Shown: positions 40,807-51,183 of the stretch, piece by piece
How positions within the stretch are numbered: the stretch's first letter is position 1
Layout of the letters: every line of letters starts with the position of its first letter
Sequence record: MT884006.2
Direction: 5' to 3' (one strand)
Length of the DNA stretch: 64,000 nt
Source of the DNA: Escherichia phage vb_EcoM_bov9_1
Notes under the pieces: generated by a model
Database searches by the model: none
The model's input: the letters and a program-made list of their open reading frames with translations, nothing else
What the model was told of the DNA's origin: nothing
Position numbers and translations under genes: made by a program

Positions 40807-41537
40807 TAATTTTTCCTCTTTAAAATTCTGCCGTGTTTCCAACCTGGCGGTATAATATCATCTTTACCTATAAGCGTGCATTCACTTCCATTATTAATCC
40901 ATTTCTTACCACGAATTCCTTTATAATCTCTTGGTTTTATTTTGTCAAACTTTGCATCAAGTTGATATGCCCATCTAAATCCATAGGCATATTGAAATTT
41001 ACCCTCAGCACAATATTTGATATTTGACCCGTTTCCATTAACTGACCGGGACGCTTCCGCGATAGAGTGAAATGTTTCTATAAAATCCCCATCTAATGAG
41101 AATTTATGTATTTCGATAGATGGACATGCATACCTATTCACGTTTGATACATGTTGTTTAGTTTCGTTTTTATGATGCTTGCCTAACATTCCTCTAGGAT
41201 GAGGATTATTTTTCCAATATTTCTTAAAGAAATCAGAATTAGCTTTAGCAAATAATTTTCTGTGCAAGCTATACAATCTGTTATTAATTCTATTACCAGC
41301 TTTATCTGTTGCCATTAACGTTAACGCAGAGGCAAGCCCAAAATGGCCTTCATTTATCTTACATAGTAATAGATGCGCTATAAAATGTTCTCTAGCTGTT
41401 AATTCAACTAAATTTTCTTTATCATCAGAACCTCCCATGCATTTAGGGACTATATGATGTGTCTCTTTATATTCGGATAAAGGTTCCCGAGCCTGAGCTC
41501 GGGAAATTAGGTCATTATAGATTTTTTGATAATTCAT
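40806..41537 (-). CDS. mobE: HNH homing-endonuclease-like protein (243 aa), mobE-like by position
   Basis: N-terminal HNH motif HHIVPKCMGGSDDKENLVELTAREHFIAH; nested between nrdA and nrdB with 1-nt TAATG overlaps at both ends. Confidence 0.55.
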   Translation of the reverse strand: MNYQKIYNDLISRAQAREPLSEYKETHHIVPKCMGGSDDKENLVELTAREHFIAHLLLCKINEGHFGLASALTLMATDKAGNRINNRLYSLHRKLFAKANSDFFKKYWKNNPHPRGMLGKHHKNETKQHVSNVNRYACPSIEIHKFSLDGDFIETFHSIAEASRSVNGNGSNIKYCAEGKFQYAYGFRWAYQLDAKFDKIKPRDYKGIRGKKWINNGSECTLIGKDDIIPPGWKHGRILKRKN

Positions 41538-43801
41538 TACAATTTACACGCTGCACAATCGTCGGCTTTAGGAGTTTCTATTTCATAATCATCAGTACCA
41601 GAACCATCACGGGTATTATGATAATAGAAATTTTTAATGCCATAATACCATCCGTATAGCATGTCATCAATCATTATTGACATTGGAACCTTTCCTTTTG
41701 GAAAAATCTGCGGGTCATAGTATGTATTAGCTGAAGCTGATTGACATACCCATTTCAGCATAATAGCTACTTGCGTAAGATAAGGTTTATTACCTTTCTT
41801 AGCTAATTTCCATGTATAATCATAGAGGTCTATGTTATGCTCAATATTGGGCACGACTTGATTAAAGGAGCCCTCTTTTGATTCTTTAACAGAGACTGGT
41901 CCACGTGGAGGCTCGATACCGTTTGTACTGTTAGAAACTTGGGAAGATGACTCACATGGCATAAGTGCTGATAATGTGCTATTACGGATGCCAAAGAGCT
42001 TAAGGTCTTCCCGCAGCGACGACCAGTCACAAACGTATTTTGGAGCTGCGATTTGGTCAATCTTTTTATTGTACCAGTCGATAGGTAATTCGCCTCGAGA
42101 CCAACGAGTGTCTGAATAATATTCGCAAGGTCCTTTTTCTTTGGCGAGCTTAATGGATGCTTTAATGAGTCCATACTGCAATCTCTCAAATAGTTCATGT
42201 GTTAAATCGTTAGCATCTTCATAAGAAGCAAAATTACTTGCCAGCCAAGCTGCATAGTTAGTAACACCTACGCCAAGGTTTCGACGCTTTTTAGCTTTTT
42301 CTGCTTCAGGAACTGGATATCCTTGGTAGTCCAAAAGATTATCAAGAGCACGAACTTGGACTTCTGCCAATTCATTAATTTTATCTTGGTCTTGCCAATC
42401 GAAGTTATCTAACACAAATGCAGATAATGTACACAATCCAATTTCAGCATCAGGACTATTCACATCATTTGTTGGAATAGCAATTTCACAACACAAGTTA
42501 CTCTGACGAATAGGTGCCTTTTCACGAATAAATGGAGTATAGTTATTCGTATTATCAATGAACTGTACATAAATCCTTGCTGTTCCTGATCGTTCAGTCA
42601 TGAGCAATTCAAACAGTTCACGGGCTTTAATACGCTTTTTGCGAATATTAGGGTCTTTTTCTGCGGCTTCGTATAATTCACGGAAACGGTCTTGGTCTTT
42701 AAAATAAGAATAATAAAGCTCGCCACCCATTTCGTGTGGACTGAACAAAGTAATGTAGTCGTTCTTTCCAAAACGTTCCATCATTAGGTCATTCAGTTGA
42801 ACGCCATAATCCATATGACGGATACGGTTTTCTTCTACGCCTTTGTTATTTTTCAAAACGAGAAGATTTTCAACTTCCAAATGCCAAATAGGATAATAAG
42901 CAGTAGCAGCGCCGCCACGAATTCCACCCTGTGAGCATGATTTAACTGCAGTCTGAAAATGTTTCCAAAAAGGAATAACACCAGTATGGCGTACTTCACC
43001 TGTGCCAATCTTAGAACCTTCGGCACGAATCATACCAACGTTAATACCAATTCCAGCGCGTTTGGAGATATATTCAACAATTGAAGCAGAAGCCTTATTG
43101 ATAGACTTTAATGAATCACCTGCCTCAATAACAACGCATGAACTAAACTGCCGAGTTGGAGTACGGCAACCAGCCATAATAGGAGTTGGCAGTGAAATCT
43201 GTCGAGTAGATACTGCTTCATAAAAACGGATAACGTGTTTTAATCTATCAACAGGTTCATCTTGATGCAATGCCATTCCAATAGTCATAAATGCAAACTG
43301 TGGAGTTTCATAAATTTGACCAGTGGTTTTATCTTTAACTAGATATTTTTCTTTTAATTGCATCGCCCCGGAATAAGTAAATTCCATATCCCGCTCATGC
43401 TTAATTTTTGATTCTAAAAATGTAATTTCTTCGGCAGAATATTTTAACAACAATTCAGGGTCGTATTTACCTTCATTTACACAGTAAGAAATATGATCAA
43501 TAAATGAACGTGGTTCATACTGCCCATAAACATGCTTACGAAGAGCGAACATTAAACAGCGTGCAGCTACATATTGATAATCAGGCTCTTCAACTGAAAT
43601 AGAATTCGCAGCAGCCTTAATTACAATAGTTTGAATGTCATCAGTTGTCATTCCATCACGGAGATATGATTTAATATTTTCATATAATTCATAAGGATCT
43701 ACAGATGTTCCTTCAGCTGCCCAAGATAAAACTTTAATAATTTTTTGCGGGTCAAAGCTCTGAGAAACACCACTACTTTTGATAACATTAATTAATTGCA
43801 T
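41537..43801 (-). CDS. nrdA: Ribonucleotide reductase large subunit NrdA (754 aa)
   Basis: 754 aa; class Ia RNR alpha; C-terminal Cys pair. Confidence 0.95.
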   Translation of the reverse strand: MQLINVIKSSGVSQSFDPQKIIKVLSWAAEGTSVDPYELYENIKSYLRDGMTTDDIQTIVIKAAANSISVEEPDYQYVAARCLMFALRKHVYGQYEPRSFIDHISYCVNEGKYDPELLLKYSAEEITFLESKIKHERDMEFTYSGAMQLKEKYLVKDKTTGQIYETPQFAFMTIGMALHQDEPVDRLKHVIRFYEAVSTRQISLPTPIMAGCRTPTRQFSSCVVIEAGDSLKSINKASASIVEYISKRAGIGINVGMIRAEGSKIGTGEVRHTGVIPFWKHFQTAVKSCSQGGIRGGAATAYYPIWHLEVENLLVLKNNKGVEENRIRHMDYGVQLNDLMMERFGKNDYITLFSPHEMGGELYYSYFKDQDRFRELYEAAEKDPNIRKKRIKARELFELLMTERSGTARIYVQFIDNTNNYTPFIREKAPIRQSNLCCEIAIPTNDVNSPDAEIGLCTLSAFVLDNFDWQDQDKINELAEVQVRALDNLLDYQGYPVPEAEKAKKRRNLGVGVTNYAAWLASNFASYEDANDLTHELFERLQYGLIKASIKLAKEKGPCEYYSDTRWSRGELPIDWYNKKIDQIAAPKYVCDWSSLREDLKLFGIRNSTLSALMPCESSSQVSNSTNGIEPPRGPVSVKESKEGSFNQVVPNIEHNIDLYDYTWKLAKKGNKPYLTQVAIMLKWVCQSASANTYYDPQIFPKGKVPMSIMIDDMLYGWYYGIKNFYYHNTRDGSGTDDYEIETPKADDCAACKL

Positions 43802-44118
43802 AAGTCCTCAACTTGAAAATCGTCTTTAAACAATCGGTTAACTATATGAGCTATTATATCACCATGACACGGCTTTGGTTTACATGTGCATCCTAGCCTC
43901 ATTCCACGTAAAGGCTCTAAATGTGCTTTAGTTATTTCTCCGGATTTAATTCGACGTATAAAATCTTTTTTGAATAATTCAATGGCAGCCTCCCGGCTGC
44001 CAGCATCTTTACCGACGTAATTTCCCCAAAATGTACCACGGTGAATATTAACATCAAAGTCGGATTTATATTTATTCACTACCCGGCATAGACGGCCCGC
44101 GCGGTAATAGTTCGTCAT
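43792..44118 (-). CDS. Hypothetical Cys/His-motif protein, 108 aa (nrdA.1 position)
   Basis: Motif [12 protein letters not shown] near C-terminus; overlaps nrdA start by 10 nt. Confidence 0.5.
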   Translation of the reverse strand: MTNYYRAGRLCRVVNKYKSDFDVNIHRGTFWGNYVGKDAGSREAAIELFKKDFIRRIKSGEITKAHLEPLRGMRLGCTCKPKPCHGDIIAHIVNRLFKDDFQVEDLCN

Positions 44119-44347
44119 ATTGTTTTTCCGTTAAAACAGTAATATCATAATAACAATCTGAAGAAGTTTTAACTGTAGAAATTTTATTGTCAAAATACTC
44201 ACGAGTCATTTTATGAGTATAATATTTTTTGCCATAAATGATAATAGGCTGTTCTGGCCCTGGAACTTCTAACTCGCTTGGATTAGGAAGTGTAAAAAGA
44301 ACAACACCAGAAGTATCCTTAAATCGTAAAATCATATATCCTCTCAA
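44072..44347 (-). CDS. Hypothetical protein, 91 aa (nrdA.2 position)
   Basis: ORF overlapping neighbour by 47 nt; synteny. Confidence 0.45.
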   Translation of the reverse strand: MRGYMILRFKDTSGVVLFTLPNPSELEVPGPEQPIIIYGKKYYTHKMTREYFDNKISTVKTSSDCYYDITVLTEKQYDELLPRGPSMPGSE

Positions 44348-44358
44348 TTAAATTAAAA

Positions 44359-45219
44359 TTACACCGCCATCTTTCCTTTCAAGACACCATGGGACTGATA
44401 ATCTTTGAGAACGAAATCTCGTGCTGTCATATATTCAGTTAACCAATACATTTGAGTTTCAGTATCGCATTGACTGAATCCATTAGGCCAATTAATACTA
44501 AGTTTGCATAGATCCATAGGAGTTCTATTTAATATCTCTTTGCATTGCTCAATATGGTTAGAATAAATGTGTGTATTACCACCCGAGAATACCAAATCGC
44601 CCGGAACTAGTTCACACATATCAGCAACAATATGCAAAAGAGCAGCATAACTCGCGATGTTAAATGGAAGACCGAGGAAAACATCTACCGAACGTTGATA
44701 CCATTGGAGGTCAAGGTATCCGTTACGCACATTAAACTGATAGAACATATGACAAGGAGGTAATGCCATCTGCTTGAGTTCAGCTGGATTCCATGCCGAC
44801 ACAATTTGACGCCTATCGTTGGGAAATGTTTTAATACGATTAACAACTTCTACAATTTGATCTACACCACCAAAATCACGCCACTGTTTTCCGTAAATTG
44901 GACCAAGTTCACCGCTATGATAACCTAAGTCTTTGGCCTGGTTTTCGTAGTTTTCATCCCAAATTGTTTTTCCTGCAATTAAAGATCCATGAGTACGTTG
45001 ACGTAAATCATTTACGTTAGTACTTCCTGATAAGAACCACAATAACTCAGAAATACATGCATTCCAGGCGAGCTTCTTAGTCGTTACTGCAGGAAAACCT
45101 TTAGTTAAATCCCAGCGTAATTTAGTACCGAACAAAGCAATTGTTCCTGTGCCTGTTCGGTCATCAGTTTCATAGCCATTTTCAAAAATGTCTTTAATTA
45201 AATCTTGGTATTGTTTCAT
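44359..45219 (-). CDS. td: Thymidylate synthase, uninterrupted (286 aa, no intron)
   Basis: 286 aa continuous ORF; TS active-site region PPCH; recognised as T4 Td exon-joined sequence. Confidence 0.95.
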   Translation of the reverse strand: MKQYQDLIKDIFENGYETDDRTGTGTIALFGTKLRWDLTKGFPAVTTKKLAWNACISELLWFLSGSTNVNDLRQRTHGSLIAGKTIWDENYENQAKDLGYHSGELGPIYGKQWRDFGGVDQIVEVVNRIKTFPNDRRQIVSAWNPAELKQMALPPCHMFYQFNVRNGYLDLQWYQRSVDVFLGLPFNIASYAALLHIVADMCELVPGDLVFSGGNTHIYSNHIEQCKEILNRTPMDLCKLSINWPNGFSQCDTETQMYWLTEYMTARDFVLKDYQSHGVLKGKMAV

Positions 45220-45263
45220 TTAGTACCTTATATAAATTATAATACATTTTATGAAGCTAATAA

Positions 45264-45611
45264 TCAATACGGTTTAGCATCAAATTTTCTTTCAATTTCA
45301 GGCGTAAAATACAATTCTTTACCACGCTTGGAAAAGCGACCAATAATATGATAATTATTCTCATCAAACGTGATATTGCCGATATCCATAGCTTTCAACC
45401 AAATATCGATATTTCTGTCAAGCTTTATATCAAAATTCCAATACGGAGAACTATTACCGAAAATACTACAAGCGGATTCAGTGAAACAACTGCTATAAAT
45501 CTTGTCTTTAGGAACTACTAATTGATAGACGCCTTTAATAAACTGAGGACCCTGCCAATTTGGTTGTTTCGCGTCTTTTTCTAATAGAATAGGGTAATAA
45601 TTAAAATTCAT
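45264..45611 (-). CDS. Hypothetical protein, 115 aa, lying between frd and td
   Basis: ORF fills the 411-nt frd-td gap; no recognisable motif. Confidence 0.5.
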   Translation of the reverse strand: MNFNYYPILLEKDAKQPNWQGPQFIKGVYQLVVPKDKIYSSCFTESACSIFGNSSPYWNFDIKLDRNIDIWLKAMDIGNITFDENNYHIIGRFSKRGKELYFTPEIERKFDAKPY

Positions 45612-45630
45612 ATTTTCCGTCAGTGTTATT

Positions 45631-46457
<827 letters not shown>

Positions 46458-46465
46458 ATTATCTC

Positions 46466-46801
46466 CTAATATAAAGGATCGGGAACATATCCACTGGCTT
46501 TAATCATTTTGATTAACGTTAGCAGTCCTTTATTAACTGCTTGTGAGATTTCATTAAAAACTTCATCACTAAAAAGTTCTAGCACACCCTTCTGAACTTT
46601 TAATTTACAGCCAACAATTTCGTCATCGCCTATAGTAAATTCGTTTCCGCCAATTCCACCGAAAAACTTAATTACGCCAGTTAACTGTGTTCCACGAGAA
46701 TATGGGTCGTGTGATAAAGTAATATGAGTCACCCCAGGTACAGTTTTAAATTGACAGCGGATGTTTACTTGAGCAATTCCAGTTACATGAATGTCAGACA
46801 T
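46466..46801 (-). CDS. Hypothetical protein, 111 aa (frd.2 position)
   Basis: ORF; synteny. Confidence 0.5.
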   Translation of the reverse strand: MSDIHVTGIAQVNIRCQFKTVPGVTHITLSHDPYSRGTQLTGVIKFFGGIGGNEFTIGDDEIVGCKLKVQKGVLELFSDEVFNEISQAVNKGLLTLIKMIKASGYVPDPLY

Positions 46802-46811
46802 AATATTTTCC

Positions 46812-47054
46812 TCAAACAGACTTTTTCACAATTTTCCAATCAGCTTTAAACTGATCAACGTCAGAATGGTAAATCCAGAATCCTGCGCTTTCTCCATCCT
46901 CATAAAGAGGGCATCCATCGCATTCATCTTCCCATCCCATATCACGCAAAAGACGTTCAGCTTTTTCAACAAGTTCAGAATCTTTACCGATGATATTAAA
47001 ATACCATTTACCTCTAACTTCTGAATCTTTAATGCTCTGACGTTGTAATCTCAT
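46812..47054 (-). CDS. Hypothetical protein, 80 aa (frd.3 position)
   Basis: ORF with early promoter about 30 nt upstream. Confidence 0.5.
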   Translation of the reverse strand: MRLQRQSIKDSEVRGKWYFNIIGKDSELVEKAERLLRDMGWEDECDGCPLYEDGESAGFWIYHSDVDQFKADWKIVKKSV

Positions 47055-47079
47055 TTTATTCTCCTTAGTTGATAGGGTA

Positions 47080-47109
47080 ATAGTATCACACTACTACCCT
47101 TCTGTAAAC
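47080..47109 (-). promoter_or_regulatory. Early promoter (TTTACA -35, 17 nt, TACTAT -10)
   Basis: Upstream of ORF 46812-47054 with AGGAG RBS. Confidence 0.5.
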
Positions 47110-47489
47110 TACTTTTTGAAAGTTTTTCGCAAAAGTTCAATGATTTCGTCTACATTATTTTCGTCAACAATGCAGTGAATTTTTGTTACGCCAGAAACCT
47201 TGTCTTTGACTTCATCTTCTTCAGAAGTCGGTTCTTTATACTCACGAAAACAATGAAATTCATCTTCGCAAATTTCTAAAAGTCTATCTTTGAGGTAAAA
47301 ATGCTTTCCATTAGCACATTCAATATGTTTTACCGCTTTAAATCCATTAGTAAAGAAAACTTCTTTAACTTCAAACCACCCGCCATTTTCTCGAATAATT
47401 TTAACTATTGACGCGTTGGATCGTGGGCTATAATTAATAAATGTATCAATAAGTCTTGGAACAAGTTCATACTTTTTGCCAATATACAT
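47109..47489 (-). CDS. Hypothetical protein, 126 aa
   Basis: ORF; Cys/His pairs (HIECANGKH, EFHCF) may bind metal. Confidence 0.5.
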   Translation of the reverse strand: MYIGKKYELVPRLIDTFINYSPRSNASIVKIIRENGGWFEVKEVFFTNGFKAVKHIECANGKHFYLKDRLLEICEDEFHCFREYKEPTSEEDEVKDKVSGVTKIHCIVDENNVDEIIELLRKTFKK

Positions 47490-47533
47490 TACGTTTTCCT
47501 CATTTTAACGGGGCTGTAATAGCCCCTTGATAA

Positions 47534-47785
47534 TTATTGTTCAATCAGTCCCATGTAAAATTCTGCATCTTCAGAATCCATGCCGTCACAATACTCATTA
47601 GCCATAAAGCGGGTGAGGTCTTCAAGAGGACCTTCAATGACAATAGAAAAATTGCAATAATTGGGATCATCGTGAATACTTGTGATACTAAGTTCAGGAT
47701 AACGATTACGAATAATTTCTTCAATATATTCAAAATCAACGATGTCAATATCAACTTTAGCCATATTATTTTCCTCTTTAATCAT
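47534..47785 (-). CDS. Hypothetical protein, 83 aa
   Basis: ORF with early promoter upstream (47808-47837). Confidence 0.5.
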   Translation of the reverse strand: MIKEENNMAKVDIDIVDFEYIEEIIRNRYPELSITSIHDDPNYCNFSIVIEGPLEDLTRFMANEYCDGMDSEDAEFYMGLIEQ

Positions 47786-47807
47786 CAGCAGTATTGCCGA
47801 TAGTTGT

Positions 47808-47837
47808 ATAGTACCACAGTATGCTTTGGTTGTAAAC
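47808..47837 (-). promoter_or_regulatory. Early promoter (TTTACA -35, 17 nt, TACTAT -10)
   Basis: Upstream of ORF 47534-47785; just downstream of gene 32 terminator. Confidence 0.5.
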
Positions 47838-47868
47838 CGTTTTGTGAAAAAATTTTTGAAATAAAAAA

Positions 47869-47887
47869 GGGGACCTCTAGGGTCCCC
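47869..47887 (-). terminator. Gene 32 rho-independent terminator
   Basis: GGGGACC-TCTAG-GGTCCCC followed on minus strand by TTTTTTATTTC; 22 nt after gene 32 stop. Confidence 0.6.
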
Positions 47888-47909
47888 AATTAATTAGTAA
47901 TATAATCTA

Positions 47910-48818
47910 TTAAAGGTCATTCAAAAGGTCATCCAGGTCCGTGTCATCAGCACTAGATGAACTGCCAGAGCTTGAGCTCATAAAATCATCTTCAGTTTTT
48001 GTTTTGAAGTCATCAACATTGAATGCATCCAAATCATCAGCAACTTTATCAGCTTTCTTAGCGGCAGTTGCTGCGGCACCGCCCATAGCAGCAGTTCCCA
48101 TAACTTGACTGAACTTAGTGTTCAGTTCTTCAAACGATTTGAATTTATCTTTAGAAGTCATTTCAGAAAGATCAACCATTTGTTCGAACAGTTCTTTCTG
48201 GAAAGATTCATCATCAATGTTTGGAATCGCAGATTGATTCAGGAATTTAGATTCGTCGTAGTTACTAAAACCAGAAACTTGTTTAACTTTCAGTACAAAG
48301 TTAGCACCTTCCCACGGACAAGTTACATCAACCGGAGTTTCACCCATTTCAACATCAACTGCAATCATTGCATTGATTTTATCCCAGATTTTCTTACCGA
48401 AGCGGTATTTAAATACTTTACCTTCATTTTCTGGAGCAGCTGGGTCTTTTACTACAAGAATGTTAGCCCAGTAAGAAGTTTTACGTTTAACAAGACCGTA
48501 CTCTTTATTGTCAGTGTTATACAAATCATTTTTACTGATGTACTGACATACTGGACAAGAATCGTAATCACCGTGAGTAGATGAACAGTTTTCGATATAC
48601 CATTTACCATTTTTCTTGAAACCGTGATTTACAAGAATTGCGAATGGTGCTTGTTCATCATTTTTAGACGGAAGAAAACGAATTACTGCTTGACCGTTAC
48701 CCGCATTGTCGAGTTTCAGTTTCCACTCGCCTTTATCTTCAGAAGAAAAACCACCTTTATTTCCAGCCAGTTTAGCCATTTGTGCAGCGAGTTCAGCAGT
48801 AGATTTACGTTTAAACAT
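47910..48818 (-). CDS. 32: Single-stranded DNA-binding protein gp32
   Basis: Recognised T4 gp32 sequence incl. zinc site and acidic C-terminal tail; translational operator upstream; terminator downstream. Confidence 0.95.
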   Translation of the reverse strand: MFKRKSTAELAAQMAKLAGNKGGFSSEDKGEWKLKLDNAGNGQAVIRFLPSKNDEQAPFAILVNHGFKKNGKWYIENCSSTHGDYDSCPVCQYISKNDLYNTDNKEYGLVKRKTSYWANILVVKDPAAPENEGKVFKYRFGKKIWDKINAMIAVDVEMGETPVDVTCPWEGANFVLKVKQVSGFSNYDESKFLNQSAIPNIDDESFQKELFEQMVDLSEMTSKDKFKSFEELNTKFSQVMGTAAMGGAAATAAKKADKVADDLDAFNVDDFKTKTEDDFMSSSSGSSSSADDTDLDDLLNDL

Positions 48819-48900
48819 TTTTATTTCCTTTTTAATTTAATTAACAGTTGGTGCTATGACGATGTATGACCTCATAGCTGGTCAGTGAGATAATTATAAT
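48819..48900 (-). promoter_or_regulatory. Gene 32 translational operator (pseudoknot plus UUAAA-rich unstructured leader)
   Basis: Leader reads ...GCUAUGAGGUCAUACAUCGUCAUAGCAC...UUAAUUAAAUUAAAAAGGAAAUAAAAAUG, matching known gp32 autoregulatory site architecture. Confidence 0.6.
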
Positions 48901-48901
48901 C

Positions 48902-48909
48902 TATTTATA
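48902..48909 (-). promoter_or_regulatory. Late promoter (minus strand TATAAATA) for gene 32
   Basis: Plus-strand TATTTATA 9 nt downstream of gene 59 stop. Confidence 0.55.
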
Positions 48910-48917
48910 ATAAGCAA

Positions 48918-49571
48918 TTAATACTTACAAGATTTCACAGTTTCAATGAAAACATTTTTAGCTTTCTGTGAATCAATATTTAAAATTTTTCTATAAGCCT
49001 TTAACTTTATAGAATAATTATTCCAGACTAAATTATCAGTCTGTTCATCATGTTTATCAATTATATTTAAAAACGAATCAAGCAAGATAAACGTTTCAAA
49101 CGAAATTATGTTCGATTGAAGCAGTTTAAAAATATAACTTGATTGAACTTTTGGATTATATTCAAAGATTTCTTTAAAAGCAGAAACTTCAACTTTTTTA
49201 CTAAAATAATAAATGTTGCGAATATCTTCTTCAAACTTAAATTTAATTTGCTTTAAGCGTCCGATATATTCACGATAAAACACAAGTGCATCAGCGTCAG
49301 AGATGTCACCAATCCAAGCATCTTGGTTAGCAACCAAATTACTTATAAAGATTAAAGCAAGTTCCTTTAATTTATATTTTTCTGATAACTTCTGGAAAAA
49401 ATACTTATCCCTTCGCTTTTGATAAGCGGCATCAGACACCCGCATGCACCAATTATACTTAATAACATCATACTTTCCATTCATATGTTGTTTTATCATT
49501 AAGTATAATTTATAAACTGATTTACCATCAATGTATCTTTCACCACCAGCAGGCATGCGGAGTTTAATCAT
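48918..49571 (-). CDS. 59: Helicase loader gp59 (217 aa)
   Basis: 217 aa; recognised as T4 gp59. Confidence 0.9.
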   Translation of the reverse strand: MIKLRMPAGGERYIDGKSVYKLYLMIKQHMNGKYDVIKYNWCMRVSDAAYQKRRDKYFFQKLSEKYKLKELALIFISNLVANQDAWIGDISDADALVFYREYIGRLKQIKFKFEEDIRNIYYFSKKVEVSAFKEIFEYNPKVQSSYIFKLLQSNIISFETFILLDSFLNIIDKHDEQTDNLVWNNYSIKLKAYRKILNIDSQKAKNVFIETVKSCKY

Positions 49572-49906
49572 AGTAGAAAATCTAATGTATTAGTTTTTTC
49601 ACAACGAACAACAGAAGGACGTAAAAGATTTTCGTCAATAGCTTCTGACTGAATTTTTTCAATTATACCCGAAGGAATAAATTTAGCAAATTGAGTTTCA
49701 GGAATAGAATTTTCTTCTAGGAATGCTGTTGTAGCTTCAAGATAACTCATTCCAAACTCTTCTACCATTTTTTCAATAATAAATCCATTTTCTTGACGAT
49801 CAAGAAGCTTTGCTATTTCATCCTTTTCTTTCTTGATTGAAAGTTCTTTTTCTGAAAGACCGGTCTCATCGACCGGACGAATATCATTTAGAGAAAACTG
49901 TGTCAT
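49568..49906 (-). CDS. 33: Late transcription co-activator gp33 (112 aa)
   Basis: ATG at 49906 gives 112 aa MTQFSLNDIRP...; ORF-track start is TTG. Confidence 0.85.
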   Translation of the reverse strand: MTQFSLNDIRPVDETGLSEKELSIKKEKDEIAKLLDRQENGFIIEKMVEEFGMSYLEATTAFLEENSIPETQFAKFIPSGIIEKIQSEAIDENLLRPSVVRCEKTNTLDFLL

Positions 49907-50153
49907 AAAGTTCAACTACCTCTTCAGTTTCAGCTTCAAACACATCACGGTTATCTTTATGATACAAAGCTAACAGACGATTAAACATCTTACCATCAAC
50001 GCCAAGTTCATCTTTAGCACGAATTCGAATATCTTTAATCAGTTCATTATAACCGGAAATTTTCAGTTTATGATCAGATGCTTCTTTAATAAATTTAGCC
50101 AAGTCTTCGCCATGGATAGCTTCATCAAATTCAACCATTTCTTTTTTAGCCAT
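49884..50153 (-). CDS. dsbA: dsDNA-binding protein DsbA (89 aa)
   Basis: 89 aa; synteny between rnh and 33. Confidence 0.85.
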   Translation of the reverse strand: MAKKEMVEFDEAIHGEDLAKFIKEASDHKLKISGYNELIKDIRIRAKDELGVDGKMFNRLLALYHKDNRDVFEAETEEVVELYDTVFSK

Positions 50154-50161
50154 TATTCACC

Positions 50162-51079
50162 TCAAAATTCATTAATGCTATTAGTTAATTTAGAAAGACC
50201 CGCTTTTACAAAATATGAATAAATTTTGCCACGCGGTGGTAATTTATATGAATTATAGTAATTCACAATGTTTGAAGCAATATTATCAGGAATATAATCA
50301 AAATCAATTAGAACTAAATTTTCTTTATAACGATTATATTCAGATTCTGTGAGAAGCACCTTAGCTTGCTCACGGTCATTAGCAATGGCTTCAACGATTG
50401 AAGTTTTCATTGAAGGAGTTCGTTCACCTTCAACTCTGGTAAACCAAAAGTCAGATCGTACTTTAACTGAAGCAACGTTATCCTTTTTGTCGCCTTTAAG
50501 GATTTTAGTCATACAGTCAATTTCAGCAGAACCGTTTTTAATTTTAACCCATTTCTTATGCATCGGCGACCATTGCTTGACATTTGGATATTTGTGAAGC
50601 TGCGTAAAGTCACCATCCGACGAAATGATTAAAATCTTATGTCCTTCTAAAGAGAACTTTTTAACAAGAACGGCAATATGGTCATCTGCTTCATACTTAT
50701 CAATATCCATAACAATGTATGGCATATAAGCTTTCAATTCATCTATAACTTTATGACTGGATTCAAAATAACCTTCCCAGTCCCAAGTAGATTCTTCTCG
50801 TGCTTTTCCACGGTTTTTCTTATAATAATAAGCGAAATCACGACGCCAATATCCAGATTTCGCATTATCAATACACAGTACAATTTTAGTGTATCCAAGA
50901 GTTTTTGCTTTTTTGACATTAAACTTAATTGAGTTCAATATCAAATGACGAACCATTGATAAATTAATTTTTTCTTTATCTGGGAAGTTTACCAAAGCAG
51001 TTGAAAGCGCAATTTGACTAAAGTCAATTAAGCAAATTCCTTCTTTGTAATCTTCATCCAGCATCATTTCTAAATCCAT
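50162..51079 (-). CDS. rnh: RNase H / 5'-3' flap exonuclease (305 aa)
   Basis: ATG at 51079 with GAGG RBS gives 305 aa MDLEMMLDE...; FEN-family acidic residues. Confidence 0.9.
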   Translation of the reverse strand: MDLEMMLDEDYKEGICLIDFSQIALSTALVNFPDKEKINLSMVRHLILNSIKFNVKKAKTLGYTKIVLCIDNAKSGYWRRDFAYYYKKNRGKAREESTWDWEGYFESSHKVIDELKAYMPYIVMDIDKYEADDHIAVLVKKFSLEGHKILIISSDGDFTQLHKYPNVKQWSPMHKKWVKIKNGSAEIDCMTKILKGDKKDNVASVKVRSDFWFTRVEGERTPSMKTSIVEAIANDREQAKVLLTESEYNRYKENLVLIDFDYIPDNIASNIVNYYNSYKLPPRGKIYSYFVKAGLSKLTNSINEF

Positions 51080-51141
51080 ATGAACCTCGTTCAATTAGTG
51101 AGATTTCTATTATATACCATCCAAATCTTAAAGTAAACAAG

Positions 51142-51149
51142 TATAAATA
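51142..51149 (+). promoter_or_regulatory. Late promoter TATAAATA for gene 34
   Basis: Exact consensus 35 nt upstream of gene 34 ATG. Confidence 0.6.
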
Positions 51150-51183
51150 CTTATTATTGAAAACACAATAGGAGCCCGGGAGA

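Noticed and set aside
44359-45219. Group I intron in td (and in nrdB at 39628-40806)
   Set aside because: Both genes are single uninterrupted ORFs of full length with no insert of the size expected for an intron
47510-47526. Hairpin GGGGCT-GTAAT-AGCCCC as a possible small RNA
   Set aside because: Lies in a 44-nt intercistronic gap between two minus-strand ORFs; best explained as a stabilising or terminator-like hairpin of the hairpin family
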